Source: Oligoflexales bacterium
Lineage (GTDB): Bacteria; Bdellovibrionota_B; Oligoflexia; Oligoflexales; CAIYRB01
DNA length: 63,047 nucleotides
Direction of reading: 5' to 3'
NCBI GenBank assembly: GCA_041736175.1
Contig: JBGSUI010000136.1
Coordinates: 1-63,047 of the forward strand
Below the pieces are notes generated by a model, which saw nothing but the letters and a program-made list of their open reading frames with translations, was not told the origin of the DNA and did not search any database. The stretch's first letter is position 1. The number at the start of each line of letters is the position of its first letter. This document shows, piece by piece, positions 19,345-28,784 of the stretch. A program made the translations under genes and the position numbers.

Positions 19345-20711
19345 TTTTCTATTCCATATTTCTGCAAGATTTTGCCAAGGGAACTAAGCTCTAAACCAAG
19401 CAATTCTGCAGCTTTTTCGGGGGTTGGTGTGGTGTTTATGATTCTGGCAATATGGTCTCGAGTCTCCGTTTCGAATCTAGCGTTCAGCTCACTTAGGGTT
19501 TCGAGTCCCTTCGTATCGCGAAATGCTGCAAAAAACATGCCATCTAAATGTTCAGGAGTGATGTTTTCGCCCGGGTAATCCGTCATAAGCCGGTAAACTA
19601 CGTTTTGTAACTCCCTGATATTACCCGGCCAGGTATAGGTGCGCATTTGTCTTATAGTGCTGAGAAGAAAACTGCCTTTTAGAGAGGATTTAGTTTGTGC
19701 GTGAAAGGTATTAATAAAGTGCTGGATAAGTGGTTCAAGATCACTTATGCGCTCCCTCAAAGGCGGTAATGTTAGATTCAATACATTTAATCTATGAAAT
19801 AAATCTGGTAGAAAATCCCCATCACTAACCATTTTTTCGAGGGCAGGCTTTGCTGCTGCAACTAACCTAAATTTTACAGGTATTTCTCTAGATCCACCCA
19901 CCCGACGAATTTTTTTCTCTTGGAAGACACGAAGAAGTTTAGCCTGTGCTGTCAAACTTAGCTGATGAATTTCGTCAAAAAATACAGTACCCGCTCCAGC
20001 ACCTTCTAAAATTCCGGATTTGTCTTTTGTGGCACCAGTAAAAGAACCTTTTTCATAGCCAAAAAGCTCTGATTCCATGAGTTCTGTACTACCACGATAA
20101 GTCGAGCAATTAACTGACATAAAAGGGGTTCTGGGATCACAATGGATAGCTTGGGCTGCGAGTTCTTTGCCAGTACCAGTTTCCCCAAGAATGAGAACCG
20201 GATGGGGTGAAGTCCGATAAATCAGAATTTTCCTAGCAATACGCACCAAATTTTCAGAGTTTCCAACCATTTTAATCTGCGAAATGGCCTTATCAGAGCC
20301 ACAGATCTCGGGAGAGGTCTTTAGTGTTCTTCGAGTCTGTTCGTATTTGGCACACCAACTATTTACGGAGCTGAGCAAAGACTCGGCAAGGCCATCTTTC
20401 TCAATAAAACCCACAGCTCCGGCTTTCCAAGTCTGCTTGATCGCGTCTCGAGAACGGTCGCCTGAATACCCCAGAATATATTGGTAGGGATTGATATCGA
20501 GGATTGACCTTGTGGCGTCAGCACCGTCCATGCCAGCCATATTAAAGTCCATAATAACAAGCGAGAATTCTTGCTTTTTGTTCTTAATAAGGTCAATGGC
20601 CATCTGTCCATTACGAGCCGGTACTACTGTATACCCCTGATTTTCTAATATAAGGCAACTGCTAGACAAACTTAATTCGTCATCATCCACGACAAGAAGG
20701 GTATAACTCAT
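19335..20711 (-). CDS. NtrC-family sigma54-dependent response regulator (REC-AAA+-HTH)
   Basis: LLVVDDD, IMDFNM, GETGTGKE, ESELFGYEKGSFTGA, FFDEI, WPGNIREL, C-terminal AAELLGL HTH. ATG 20711 with GGGAG RBS. Confidence 0.93.
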   Translation of the reverse strand: MSYTLLVVDDDELSLSSSCLILENQGYTVVPARNGQMAIDLIKNKKQEFSLVIMDFNMAGMDGADATRSILDINPYQYILGYSGDRSRDAIKQTWKAGAVGFIEKDGLAESLLSSVNSWCAKYEQTRRTLKTSPEICGSDKAISQIKMVGNSENLVRIARKILIYRTSPHPVLILGETGTGKELAAQAIHCDPRTPFMSVNCSTYRGSTELMESELFGYEKGSFTGATKDKSGILEGAGAGTVFFDEIHQLSLTAQAKLLRVFQEKKIRRVGGSREIPVKFRLVAAAKPALEKMVSDGDFLPDLFHRLNVLNLTLPPLRERISDLEPLIQHFINTFHAQTKSSLKGSFLLSTIRQMRTYTWPGNIRELQNVVYRLMTDYPGENITPEHLDGMFFAAFRDTKGLETLSELNARFETETRDHIARIINTTPTPEKAAELLGLELSSLGKILQKYGIEKWT

Positions 20712-20855
20712 AAGACTCCCTGTTTGATCGGGGCAATGTATGTTCATTGCCCTAGGCAGACTTATATGTTAAAATCATTTTTAAATCAATTATATTTGTT
20801 TATAAATGTGTGTTGCAGTCTCGATGTCTATTTAGAGACTTGGAGTCTAAGATGT

Positions 20856-20882
20856 CCTAAATTATAGGAAAATCAAGACCTA
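20856..20882 (+). repeat. Right island boundary repeat (3' end of gene 20857-22044)
   Basis: 25/27 identical to 11918-11944; both differences are synonymous third positions (GGT/GGC, ATT/ATC). Confidence 0.9.
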
Positions 20883-22044
20883 TCGTAATACCTTCCGAGC
20901 TTTGACCCGATGCCTGGGCTTTATCCAACCACAAACGTCCTTTCATTTTTTGGACGACTTTTCTGGCTAGGGACCATGATGCAATGGTCCCATGATAATC
21001 CGAATAGAAGCCTTGCTGCAGATTCATCAAAAGATCTAAGTTATGATCTGTGAGGAGAGAGCGATCACCCCTAAAAAGGTTGCGGCAGAATAGGCTACCC
21101 TCCACAGAGTCTCCCTGAATTTTTACAATACTTTGCTTTATCTTAAATTCAACTTCACGGTTGGTCTCCGTATGAAGATCACTAAATATCTTGACGATAT
21201 TGAGTAAAACGACTTTTAAAAAACTTTGGTCCCCAAGAAACTCTGGCTCATCGACGGTGTTTTCCATTTGGAAAGTGATCCGCGGCCCCGGTTTCTGGGA
21301 GTCCCCTAATTGGGTTTGGCGATACCATTCCAAAATATAAGAAAGCTTTATCGGTGCGAATCGAGGTTCCCGCGTGCCATCTTTTAGAGATTGGATCACA
21401 TCAGAGGCATAGATTCCCAGACCGCTTCCTAAATCTCTCAATTTGATCAGCTTCTCTTTAATTTCCGGAATCGAGCCCAAGAGGTCCTTATGAATCAACC
21501 CCTGAATCTCCCGAGAGACATCAACGATATTGGTTTTAGTAAATGCGATATCGTAGAGAACTCCTGCCGCAAACAAGTCGCTTTCGATGGCAACCCTCTC
21601 CAATCTCTGTGCAGCAAGGCTGTGCCGTAATTGGGCTCGAACCCTTGCTAGTATCACTTCAAAGGGAGCATCCCCCTCGATAAAATCATCGCACCCTAAA
21701 TGGGAAAGCTGTATCTGATTGATATGGTCATTAGGTGACGTCACAATGATCATAGGGATCGCAATCAATCGAGGGTCCTGCCGCATTCTTTTAAGAAACT
21801 CTTCCGCTAAGGAGCTGGACATGGGGGATTGGGCGTCGAGCATCATCACTGTCGGAATCCTGATCATGCGGTCAGGGGACTCAAGGGTCGGATGGCTATA
21901 ATTTAAATACTCAATGCTGCACAAGAGTTGATCAGCAAGGATCTTGAATTTAGGTTCAAACGCCTGCTCTTTATGAAAAATATACAGAATCGTCGACTGA
22001 ATGTGGGCCTGTGAATCCATTTTAGGTTCCCTTAAAGTAGTCAA
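20857..22044 (-). CDS. Receiver plus degenerate histidine kinase (pseudokinase paralog of the upstream gene)
   Basis: MMLDAQSP, GCDDFI, DLFAAGVLYDI (His to Tyr), G boxes eroded; TTG start overlaps upstream stop (ATG 22020 is an alternative). Confidence 0.75.
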   Translation of the reverse strand: MTTLREPKMDSQAHIQSTILYIFHKEQAFEPKFKILADQLLCSIEYLNYSHPTLESPDRMIRIPTVMMLDAQSPMSSSLAEEFLKRMRQDPRLIAIPMIIVTSPNDHINQIQLSHLGCDDFIEGDAPFEVILARVRAQLRHSLAAQRLERVAIESDLFAAGVLYDIAFTKTNIVDVSREIQGLIHKDLLGSIPEIKEKLIKLRDLGSGLGIYASDVIQSLKDGTREPRFAPIKLSYILEWYRQTQLGDSQKPGPRITFQMENTVDEPEFLGDQSFLKVVLLNIVKIFSDLHTETNREVEFKIKQSIVKIQGDSVEGSLFCRNLFRGDRSLLTDHNLDLLMNLQQGFYSDYHGTIASWSLARKVVQKMKGRLWLDKAQASGQSSEGITIGLDFPII

Positions 22045-23216
22045 ATGGCTCTCCTGACCTCAGTGTCTCCGACCATACTTAAATCAGAGGCTGCATGGGG
22101 CAACTCAATGCACATCACCACTCCAGGCCCCGAAGGGGGTGCTTCGGCCCAAATCCGACCGCCCATGGTATGAACGACCTTAGACACGAGAGAGAGCCCT
22201 AATCCAAAGCCACCATCCTTTTTTGCATGAGCTCCCCGGACAAAGGGCTGGAAGACTTTATCTAAGTCTTGGGGTGGAATACCGATTCCGTAGTCGCGAA
22301 CTCTCGTTACAATCCGTGCGCCTAGCGAGTCCTGTTGGCCCTTTGGGTTTTGGGACCTAGATTCAGCCACTTTTTGTGATATTTCTATGCGAATAGGATG
22401 ATCAGGGTGACGGTATTTAATCGTATTGTTGATTATATTAAGCATCGTCAGCCTTAAAAAATGCTTGTCAGCCATAACTGGTCCTAGTGGTTCAACGATC
22501 TCCCACCCAACCCGGTCCGCAGAATGGGACATGTCCATAGCCCACATCAGGATGTCTTTAATATTCTGTGATTCTAATTTCAGTCCCGTGGTCGTCTGCT
22601 TGACGACTTCCATAACCTCCATCGCATAGCGCCCCAGTTTTTCGATCTTTTCGATCAATAAACCCAAATCATAGAGCATATGGGGCCGATTGGCTTCCAC
22701 ATCTGCCTGGAGATAATCTTCCATCAGCATGCAAACAGACATGATATTAGTCTCTAGATTACGGATATCATGCAAGACACCCGCTGCAAAGATATCCATA
22801 TCGACAGCGAGTCGAGACAGCTTTTCAAGAGTCATCCGGTAGCGAAGTTGGGACTTGATCCTTGCGACAAACAACTCCGGAGGTGCCCCTTTTTCAATAA
22901 AGTCATCTGCACCCAAGTCCAGAAGCTGGCTTTGTTTAGCTCCATCGGTTTGCCCAGTCAAAATAACAATCGGCATGTTTTCATAGTCAGGCGATGCCCG
23001 AACCTGTTTTAGGACCTCCTCACCCCCCATGCGTGGCATCAGAAGATCCAGGACCAAGAGGTCGAAAGGCCCATTTTTTTGTAGTATTTCTAATCCCTTG
23101 ACCCCATCGTTGGCAAATTGCACGTGGGCGGATATAGCATCGGTGATCGCCGTTTCATATAAGGAATGATATCTCTCTATATCGTCCACCATAAGGATTT
23201 TAAACCGAGGCTGCAT
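22041..23216 (-). CDS. Cytoplasmic hybrid REC-histidine kinase
   Basis: ILMVDD, VLDLLMP, GVLHDIRN, NIINNTIKY, DYGIGI, FQPFVRG, GFGLGL. ATG 23216 with AGGGAG RBS. Confidence 0.9.
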   Translation of the reverse strand: MQPRFKILMVDDIERYHSLYETAITDAISAHVQFANDGVKGLEILQKNGPFDLLVLDLLMPRMGGEEVLKQVRASPDYENMPIVILTGQTDGAKQSQLLDLGADDFIEKGAPPELFVARIKSQLRYRMTLEKLSRLAVDMDIFAAGVLHDIRNLETNIMSVCMLMEDYLQADVEANRPHMLYDLGLLIEKIEKLGRYAMEVMEVVKQTTTGLKLESQNIKDILMWAMDMSHSADRVGWEIVEPLGPVMADKHFLRLTMLNIINNTIKYRHPDHPIRIEISQKVAESRSQNPKGQQDSLGARIVTRVRDYGIGIPPQDLDKVFQPFVRGAHAKKDGGFGLGLSLVSKVVHTMGGRIWAEAPPSGPGVVMCIELPHAASDLSMVGDTEVRRAI

Positions 23217-23435
23217 GCATGACTCCCTATGGACGGCAGAACCTTTCGCCAACGTCAGAGAAGACGGTGGACCAAATGCCAGATTCTTATCGAGTTCTTA
23301 AATATAAAATGTTTCTGGTTTGCACACAATCCCCTCCAACTTTTCGGAATCAACAGAAACCTTGACTAAAGTTTCGCCAACAAGCAAAGTATTAGGAAGC
23401 GAAAGATTAACGGGGAAGGGCGCGGGTTTAAATCC

Positions 23436-24377
23436 ATGATCATTGCAGAGAACCTTACCAAAACTTATCCTGGTCGCAAAGCTATCGACAATGTCACCTT
23501 CACCATCAGGGGAGGAGAGATCGTTGGCCTCCTTGGTCTGAATGGCGCAGGTAAAAGCACGATCCTAAAGATACTTGGTTGTTTTTTGATGCCCAGCGCC
23601 GGCAAGGCCCAAGTCGGTGGGTTTTCCGTTGATGAAAATCCCCAAGCCATTCGGCGCCTTATAGGCTATCTCCCGGATCATCCACCTCTCTATGACGAAA
23701 TGAACGTTCACAGCTATCTGACCTATGTGGCTCGCCTTAAGAGCGTGCCAAGCTCCGAGGTCGCAAGCAAAGTGGACCACGCTATGGGTGTCACAAACTT
23801 AACCAAAGTTAAAGAGGTTGCTCTCGGCGAACTGTCCCACGGTTTCAGGCAGCGGGTGGGAATCGCCCAAGCCATCGTCCACCAGCCAAAGGTCATCATC
23901 CTCGACGAGCCGATCAACGGCCTCGATCCAGTCCAAATCGTGGAGATGCGCGATCTGATCACATCACTGCGCGGCAAACATACGGTCATCCTATCAAGTC
24001 ATATTTTGTCGGAGATTACTAAGACCTGCGACCGGATACTCATCGTCGATCAGGGCCAGCTTATCGCCGAGGGCTCTGAAGCAGAACTCTCCTCCCAGTT
24101 GGCCCAACAACAGAAACTCTCCATCGAAGTTGAGACTTTTTCGGAGAGCTTACAGAAAAAACTCGCTGGTTTGCCAGGGATCACAAACCTTAAGGTTCAG
24201 GGCTCCAGCGAAAATAGTCGTTTTCAAAAAATCTACCTCGAATCCCAAGGAGATTTACGCTCCAAAATTTCGGAGCTTATCGTCAACGAAAAGGCCGGAC
24301 TCCTTGGAATGGTCAGACTTGAGGCCGGTTTAGAGGGTGTCTTTTTGAAACTGATCAAACCCGTTGAGGAGCGGTAA
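23436..24377 (+). CDS. ABC transporter ATP-binding protein (GldA/PilH-like)
   Basis: GLNGAGKS, LSHGFRQR, ILDEP, SSHIL. Confidence 0.93.
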   Translation: MIIAENLTKTYPGRKAIDNVTFTIRGGEIVGLLGLNGAGKSTILKILGCFLMPSAGKAQVGGFSVDENPQAIRRLIGYLPDHPPLYDEMNVHSYLTYVARLKSVPSSEVASKVDHAMGVTNLTKVKEVALGELSHGFRQRVGIAQAIVHQPKVIILDEPINGLDPVQIVEMRDLITSLRGKHTVILSSHILSEITKTCDRILIVDQGQLIAEGSEAELSSQLAQQQKLSIEVETFSESLQKKLAGLPGITNLKVQGSSENSRFQKIYLESQGDLRSKISELIVNEKAGLLGMVRLEAGLEGVFLKLIKPVEER

Positions 24378-24380
24378 GTC

Positions 24381-25109
24381 ATGGGCAAGACGTTCCTGGT
24401 CGCTCGAAGAGAACTCGGTGCTTTTTTTTCCACATGGATGGGATATGTCATCTGTGCGGCGGCACTGTTTATCGATGGGATTCTTTTTAATGCTTTTGCG
24501 ATCGGCAAAGAGCATCGCTTTTCGTCAGAGGTTTTGGCCAATTTCTTTTACTTTGCTTCCGGGATCGCCATGGTTGCTGGAGTCTTCTTGGCCATGCGAC
24601 TGCTTGCCGAAGAAAAGCAAAATGGAACCATCGTGCTTTTTTACACATCACCCATTTCGGAACGCCAACTAATCTATGGTAAGTTTATCTCAGCCCTCGT
24701 CTTTTCGCTGATCCTACATGTTCTTTCCCTCTATTTACCGGCATTGATCTTTGTCAATGGAAAAGTCTCCCTTGGTCATATCGCCTCTGGCTACCTAATG
24801 CTGGTCCTACTGGGCTCGTCGACTATTTCGATCTCGCTGTTTGCCTCAACCATCTCACCAAACCAACTGGTGGCTGGTGTGACAGGTGCGCTCTTTACCG
24901 TGACGATGTTAGTCCTATGGATGCTGGCAGATATCGCCTCACCACCATTTAAAGAGATCCTCTCCTATTTAGCCATCCATAATCAGCATTTCACGCCCTT
25001 TTCCCAAGGTATCGTCCATACTAAAGACATTATCTATTACCTATCGGTGATATTCTTTTTCCTAGAGTGCTCCGTAAGGGCTCTCGAAGCTAGGCGTTGG
25101 CGAGGCTAA
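24381..25109 (+). CDS. ABC-2 permease (GldF/PilI-like)
   Basis: RREL..FF, MRLLAEEKQNGT..L.TSP, GKF, six TMs, LEARRW. Confidence 0.88.
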   Translation: MGKTFLVARRELGAFFSTWMGYVICAAALFIDGILFNAFAIGKEHRFSSEVLANFFYFASGIAMVAGVFLAMRLLAEEKQNGTIVLFYTSPISERQLIYGKFISALVFSLILHVLSLYLPALIFVNGKVSLGHIASGYLMLVLLGSSTISISLFASTISPNQLVAGVTGALFTVTMLVLWMLADIASPPFKEILSYLAIHNQHFTPFSQGIVHTKDIIYYLSVIFFFLECSVRALEARRWRG

Positions 25110-25111
25110 TC

Positions 25112-27007
25112 ATGCGTACACTTTTGATCTGGCTAAGGCTGCCCCTTTTTCTTATCGCTGCCGCGATATTTTTTATCAACGAGCGATACTTTGGATCAGA
25201 GGCGTTGTTCTCAAGTCTGAGATACGGCCTCCTGGGAGTGATGGCCCTAAGCCTTTTAGGAACAGGGCTTCTCTCTTTAGGAATCAAAGGCCAAGCCAAA
25301 GGAGAGCAAACTTCCTTTCGTTGGGCGCTCCTCTGGCAAATCGCTTTTGTCATAGGCCTCGGTGTCTATATCGCCTATGGAACGGCCCTCAAAGGAGCCC
25401 CCGAACCGGAAACACTGCCCCAAAAATCACTGCTTATTGTGTGGTTGCTGCTGATTTTCCTAAGCTCGCTCAGTGGCCTCGGCATCGAATGGGCCATTAA
25501 AAACTCCGGCCTTGATGAAACCGCCGAGCCCAGGCGTGTCGCCAAAGCAGGGGCTTCGATGTTGGGAATCGGTCTCTTTTTGGGAGCCCTCGTAGGTTTT
25601 AACTACACAGCAGCCCAACGTAATATCAGCCGGGACTGGAGCTACCTAAAAATCCGCACGCCCAGCGAGTCATCCCTTAAAATGGTGGCTGCTCTGACCG
25701 AACCGCTCACCATAGCTCTCTACTACCCCCAAACCAACGAAGTGCTCTCCTTGGTGCAGGAGTATTTTACGGCTCTCAAAGCCAAGCAGCCTCTTATTAA
25801 ACTCGAATTCTATGACAAAGATATGAACCCGCTCAAAGCCGAGGCCCACAGGATCCAGCGCAATGGACAGATTTTTTTAGAGTTTAAAGAGCGCAAATCA
25901 ACCATTGAAACCGGTCTAACCCTAGCCAAAGCTCGCAAAAACCTAAAGTCGATCGATAAAGAGTTTCAGAAGTCCTTCTTGGAAATCACCACATCCCGCA
26001 AGACCATCTATTTCACCCGCGGTCATGGGGAGATGACTTGGCTGAGCGAAGGCACTGATAATCCCTTTAGATCGCTCAAAGCCATAGAGGGATATCTACG
26101 AACCCAAAACTACAGCACCCGGTTTTTGGGAGTCACAGAAGGCCTCGCGACCGGTATTCCCGATGACGCTGCCGTAGTGGTTATTGCGGGGCCCACAGAG
26201 CCTTTTCTCAAAGAAGAGACTGAATCCCTGAATAGTTTTGTAGAAAAAGGCGGCAAAGTGATGGCCTTTTTAGATATCCAGGGACCCACGGGGGAGCTTG
26301 TAAATATCGCGGATAAAAAGCCCAACCCCTTGTATGAATGGCTGAGCCAGGCGGGCCTGTCCTACGTCCAAACACCACTGGCTAATGACAAAAATTTTGT
26401 GCCCATGTCCCGTAGTGACGCAGACCACTGGTTTATCTTTTCTAACATCTTCACATCCCACGAATCGGTGATTAACTTAGCACGCAACGATGAGCGTTTG
26501 GCCATCCTTATGTATGCCTCCGGTTACCTCACCGTCGCCCCAGAAAAGGGCAAGTGGAAAACCTACGAAACTGTTAGGAGCGTCACTGATACCTTTAATG
26601 ACGAAAACCGTAACTTTAAGATCGACGGCGAAGAAAAGCGAGACTCCTATATCATCGGCGCGATTGCTGAGACTAAAACCCCCGTTAAGGGCGATGGAGG
26701 CAAAAACAAAGAATATGGAAGAATTGTCGTTTTCTCTGATGCCTCGTTTATCTCCGATCTCGTGGCCACCAACAGCCAAGGCAATGCTATCTTTTTTGCC
26801 GACAGTCTCAAATGGCTTGTGGGCGATGTCCAGATCTCAGGCCAGGTCGCTGAAGAAGAAGACGTCAAAATTAGGCATACCAACAAAGAAGAAACCACCT
26901 GGTTTTACGGGACCGTGGTTGTCGTTCCTCTCTTAGTTTTAGGTGCGGGTCTTATCGCAACCAGGCGACGGACAGTCAAGGTCAAGGAGATCGTCCATGC
27001 GGGCTGA
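25112..27007 (+). CDS. GldG-family ABC auxiliary component
   Basis: N-terminal TMs, IYFTRGHGE, VVIAGP, GGKV, RIVVFSD, N..F..SLKWL, C-terminal TM. Confidence 0.85.
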   Translation: MRTLLIWLRLPLFLIAAAIFFINERYFGSEALFSSLRYGLLGVMALSLLGTGLLSLGIKGQAKGEQTSFRWALLWQIAFVIGLGVYIAYGTALKGAPEPETLPQKSLLIVWLLLIFLSSLSGLGIEWAIKNSGLDETAEPRRVAKAGASMLGIGLFLGALVGFNYTAAQRNISRDWSYLKIRTPSESSLKMVAALTEPLTIALYYPQTNEVLSLVQEYFTALKAKQPLIKLEFYDKDMNPLKAEAHRIQRNGQIFLEFKERKSTIETGLTLAKARKNLKSIDKEFQKSFLEITTSRKTIYFTRGHGEMTWLSEGTDNPFRSLKAIEGYLRTQNYSTRFLGVTEGLATGIPDDAAVVVIAGPTEPFLKEETESLNSFVEKGGKVMAFLDIQGPTGELVNIADKKPNPLYEWLSQAGLSYVQTPLANDKNFVPMSRSDADHWFIFSNIFTSHESVINLARNDERLAILMYASGYLTVAPEKGKWKTYETVRSVTDTFNDENRNFKIDGEEKRDSYIIGAIAETKTPVKGDGGKNKEYGRIVVFSDASFISDLVATNSQGNAIFFADSLKWLVGDVQISGQVAEEEDVKIRHTNKEETTWFYGTVVVVPLLVLGAGLIATRRRTVKVKEIVHAG

Positions 27008-28172
27008 TTTATTATTTTACACGGGCTTGCTAGGTGTGAGTATCGGAACCGCCTATTGGGCTTCGAAGCCTTCTGAAACCGGTGATGAATCCAAGGTTAA
27101 AATCCTCACGATAGAACCCAAAAATATCGCTGAGATCAGCTTTAGTTCCAACCAAGCCGATCAGGGTCTCCAGCTAGAGGTATCGGCTAAAAAGCGAAGT
27201 GACGACGAGCGTTTTGACTTTAATGTCGTCAGGACAGAGACACCCAAACCAAAATCAGATAAGACTGCTGGCAAAAACCCTGACGGAAGTCCTGCCGACC
27301 CTCTGGGAAATGATCTCGGGATGGACGATGAGGTAGATCCTTCAGCTCCTCCCAAAAATCCGGAGGCAGACAAAAATAAGCCTCAGTCATCCCCTGACCC
27401 TAAAGCTCCTCCTCCACAACCTGTGGTCACCCGGGAAAGATTTCTTGGCAACGAAAAGATGGGAGAATTACTGGCCACCTTAAGCCCTCTGGTGGCCACG
27501 CGGGTGTTTACCAACGTGGATGCCAAGCAGCTTGAGGAGTTCGGACTTAAGGGAGCCACCCAAAAATTCACCATCAAGACACTCGATGGTAAGACCTATG
27601 GGTTTTTGTTGGGCCGCAAGAGCTACGGAAGCCCCCATCGATTTGTGTTAGAAGAAAATAGCGATCAAAAATCCCAGCGGGTGCTCCTGGTGGACAATGG
27701 ACCTTTTGAAAATCTCGAACGGGCACCTAAGCGCCTCTATGATCGACGTTTTGTAGAGGAAGAATTTGAAAACATCTCAAAAGCGGAGATCAAGACACCT
27801 TCTGGACTTTCAGCAAAGATCTCCCATACCCAAAAAAACAAAGAGGGCCAACTCCTTTGGACCGAGGATGAACCCGATGCCCAAGCCCGTCCTTCCTATG
27901 ATAGTTTTATGGACCGCATCCAAAAACTAAGGCTTTCCCAATACGCCACCCCCGAACAAGAAGCCAAACTCAAAGACCTTCAGCCCTTCCTGACGATGAG
28001 CCTCGAAAAAGACGGTAAGGTTGTGGATGTCATCTCCTTTAAAAAACTCATCACCGATAAGCCCCAGTACTTTGTGACAAGCAAGTTTTTAAAGATCCAT
28101 GGGGAGATGATCGCGCCGCGAGTCGAGCCCATCGAAAAAGATATAGACTCGGTCTTTAAATCTAAAAAATGA
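26997..28172 (+). CDS. DUF4340-domain protein
   Basis: LEEFGL, LLG, LYDRR; usual fourth gene of gldAFG-like operons. ATG 26997 with AAGGAG. Confidence 0.7.
   Translation: MRADLLFYTGLLGVSIGTAYWASKPSETGDESKVKILTIEPKNIAEISFSSNQADQGLQLEVSAKKRSDDERFDFNVVRTETPKPKSDKTAGKNPDGSPADPLGNDLGMDDEVDPSAPPKNPEADKNKPQSSPDPKAPPPQPVVTRERFLGNEKMGELLATLSPLVATRVFTNVDAKQLEEFGLKGATQKFTIKTLDGKTYGFLLGRKSYGSPHRFVLEENSDQKSQRVLLVDNGPFENLERAPKRLYDRRFVEEEFENISKAEIKTPSGLSAKISHTQKNKEGQLLWTEDEPDAQARPSYDSFMDRIQKLRLSQYATPEQEAKLKDLQPFLTMSLEKDGKVVDVISFKKLITDKPQYFVTSKFLKIHGEMIAPRVEPIEKDIDSVFKSKK
28039..28160 (+). repeat. 122-bp direct repeat, copy 1 (3' end of the DUF4340 gene)
   Basis: Aligns without gaps to 28490-28611 with 13 mismatches by hand count. 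Confidence 0.92.
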
Positions 28173-28214
28173 CCGTTTTACGGCATGTTTTCTCAGCTAC
28201 TGTGAGTCTCGCGT

Positions 28215-28475
28215 ATGTTTTCACCTAGTCATCCCGGTGAGCTTCTTCAGCGGCTTTATCTCGATGAGATGGATATGACCCAGACCCAACTTGCCGAGAA
28301 GATCGGCTGTCGTCATTCTCAGGTTAACTTAGTAATTAACGGCAAACGCGGTATTACACCGGCATTCGCCTTACATCTAGAGCGAGTTCTAAAGGTCAAT
28401 GCTGAGACTTGGCTTAACCTCCAGCTTAAGTATGATCTATGGGAAGCTCGGCAGACCTACAAGAAGCGAGCCTAA
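28215..28475 (+). CDS. higA: HigA-family antitoxin (XRE HTH), no cognate toxin adjacent
   Basis: PSHPGELL, TQTQLAEKIG, INGKRGIT..FAL.L, AETWLNLQ..YDL. Confidence 0.9.
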   Translation: MFSPSHPGELLQRLYLDEMDMTQTQLAEKIGCRHSQVNLVINGKRGITPAFALHLERVLKVNAETWLNLQLKYDLWEARQTYKKRA

Positions 28476-28489
28476 CGTAGCTAACATTC

Positions 28490-28611
28490 TTAAAAAACTC
28501 ATCACCGGTAAGCCCCAGTACTTTGTAACTTGCAAGTTTTTAAAGATCCATGGGGAGATCATCTCCACGCGGGTAGAGCCCATAGAAAAAGATGTCGACT
28601 CGGTCTTTAAA
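28490..28611 (+). repeat. 122-bp direct repeat, copy 2 (orphan 3' fragment of the DUF4340 gene)
   Basis: Encodes KKLITGKPQYFVTCKFLKIHGEIISTRVEPIEKDVDSVFK versus KKLITDKPQYFVTSKFLKIHGEMIAPRVEPIEKDIDSVFK. Confidence 0.92.
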
Positions 28612-28784
28612 GGGAGTTTCTTTCTTGACTGCCCAGTGACATAAAAACCCTCTAAAAAGACCCATGATATACCTTTGCATGGTCACGATTCTTGGTCAGC
28701 CCGGAGCTGTTTTAGAGAACTTTTTATGGAGGAAAATCCATGCTGCGTCATTTTCTATATAAACGCAAACCAGCGACCGGGTGC

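Larger units (their letters stand above)
11918..20882. mobile_element. Integrase-less genomic island carrying a biosynthesis plus two-component signalling operon
   Basis: Visibly more AT-rich than flanks (not computed); bounded by a 25/27-bp direct repeat (11918-11944, 20856-20882) that is the 3' end of the flanking gene 20857-22044. Confidence 0.75.

Noticed and set aside
20817..20840. AGTCTC-N12-GAGACT inverted repeat upstream of the island operon as an operator
   Set aside because: Six-bp arms occur readily by chance, and I found no clear sigma54 promoter on the minus strand here to link it to.
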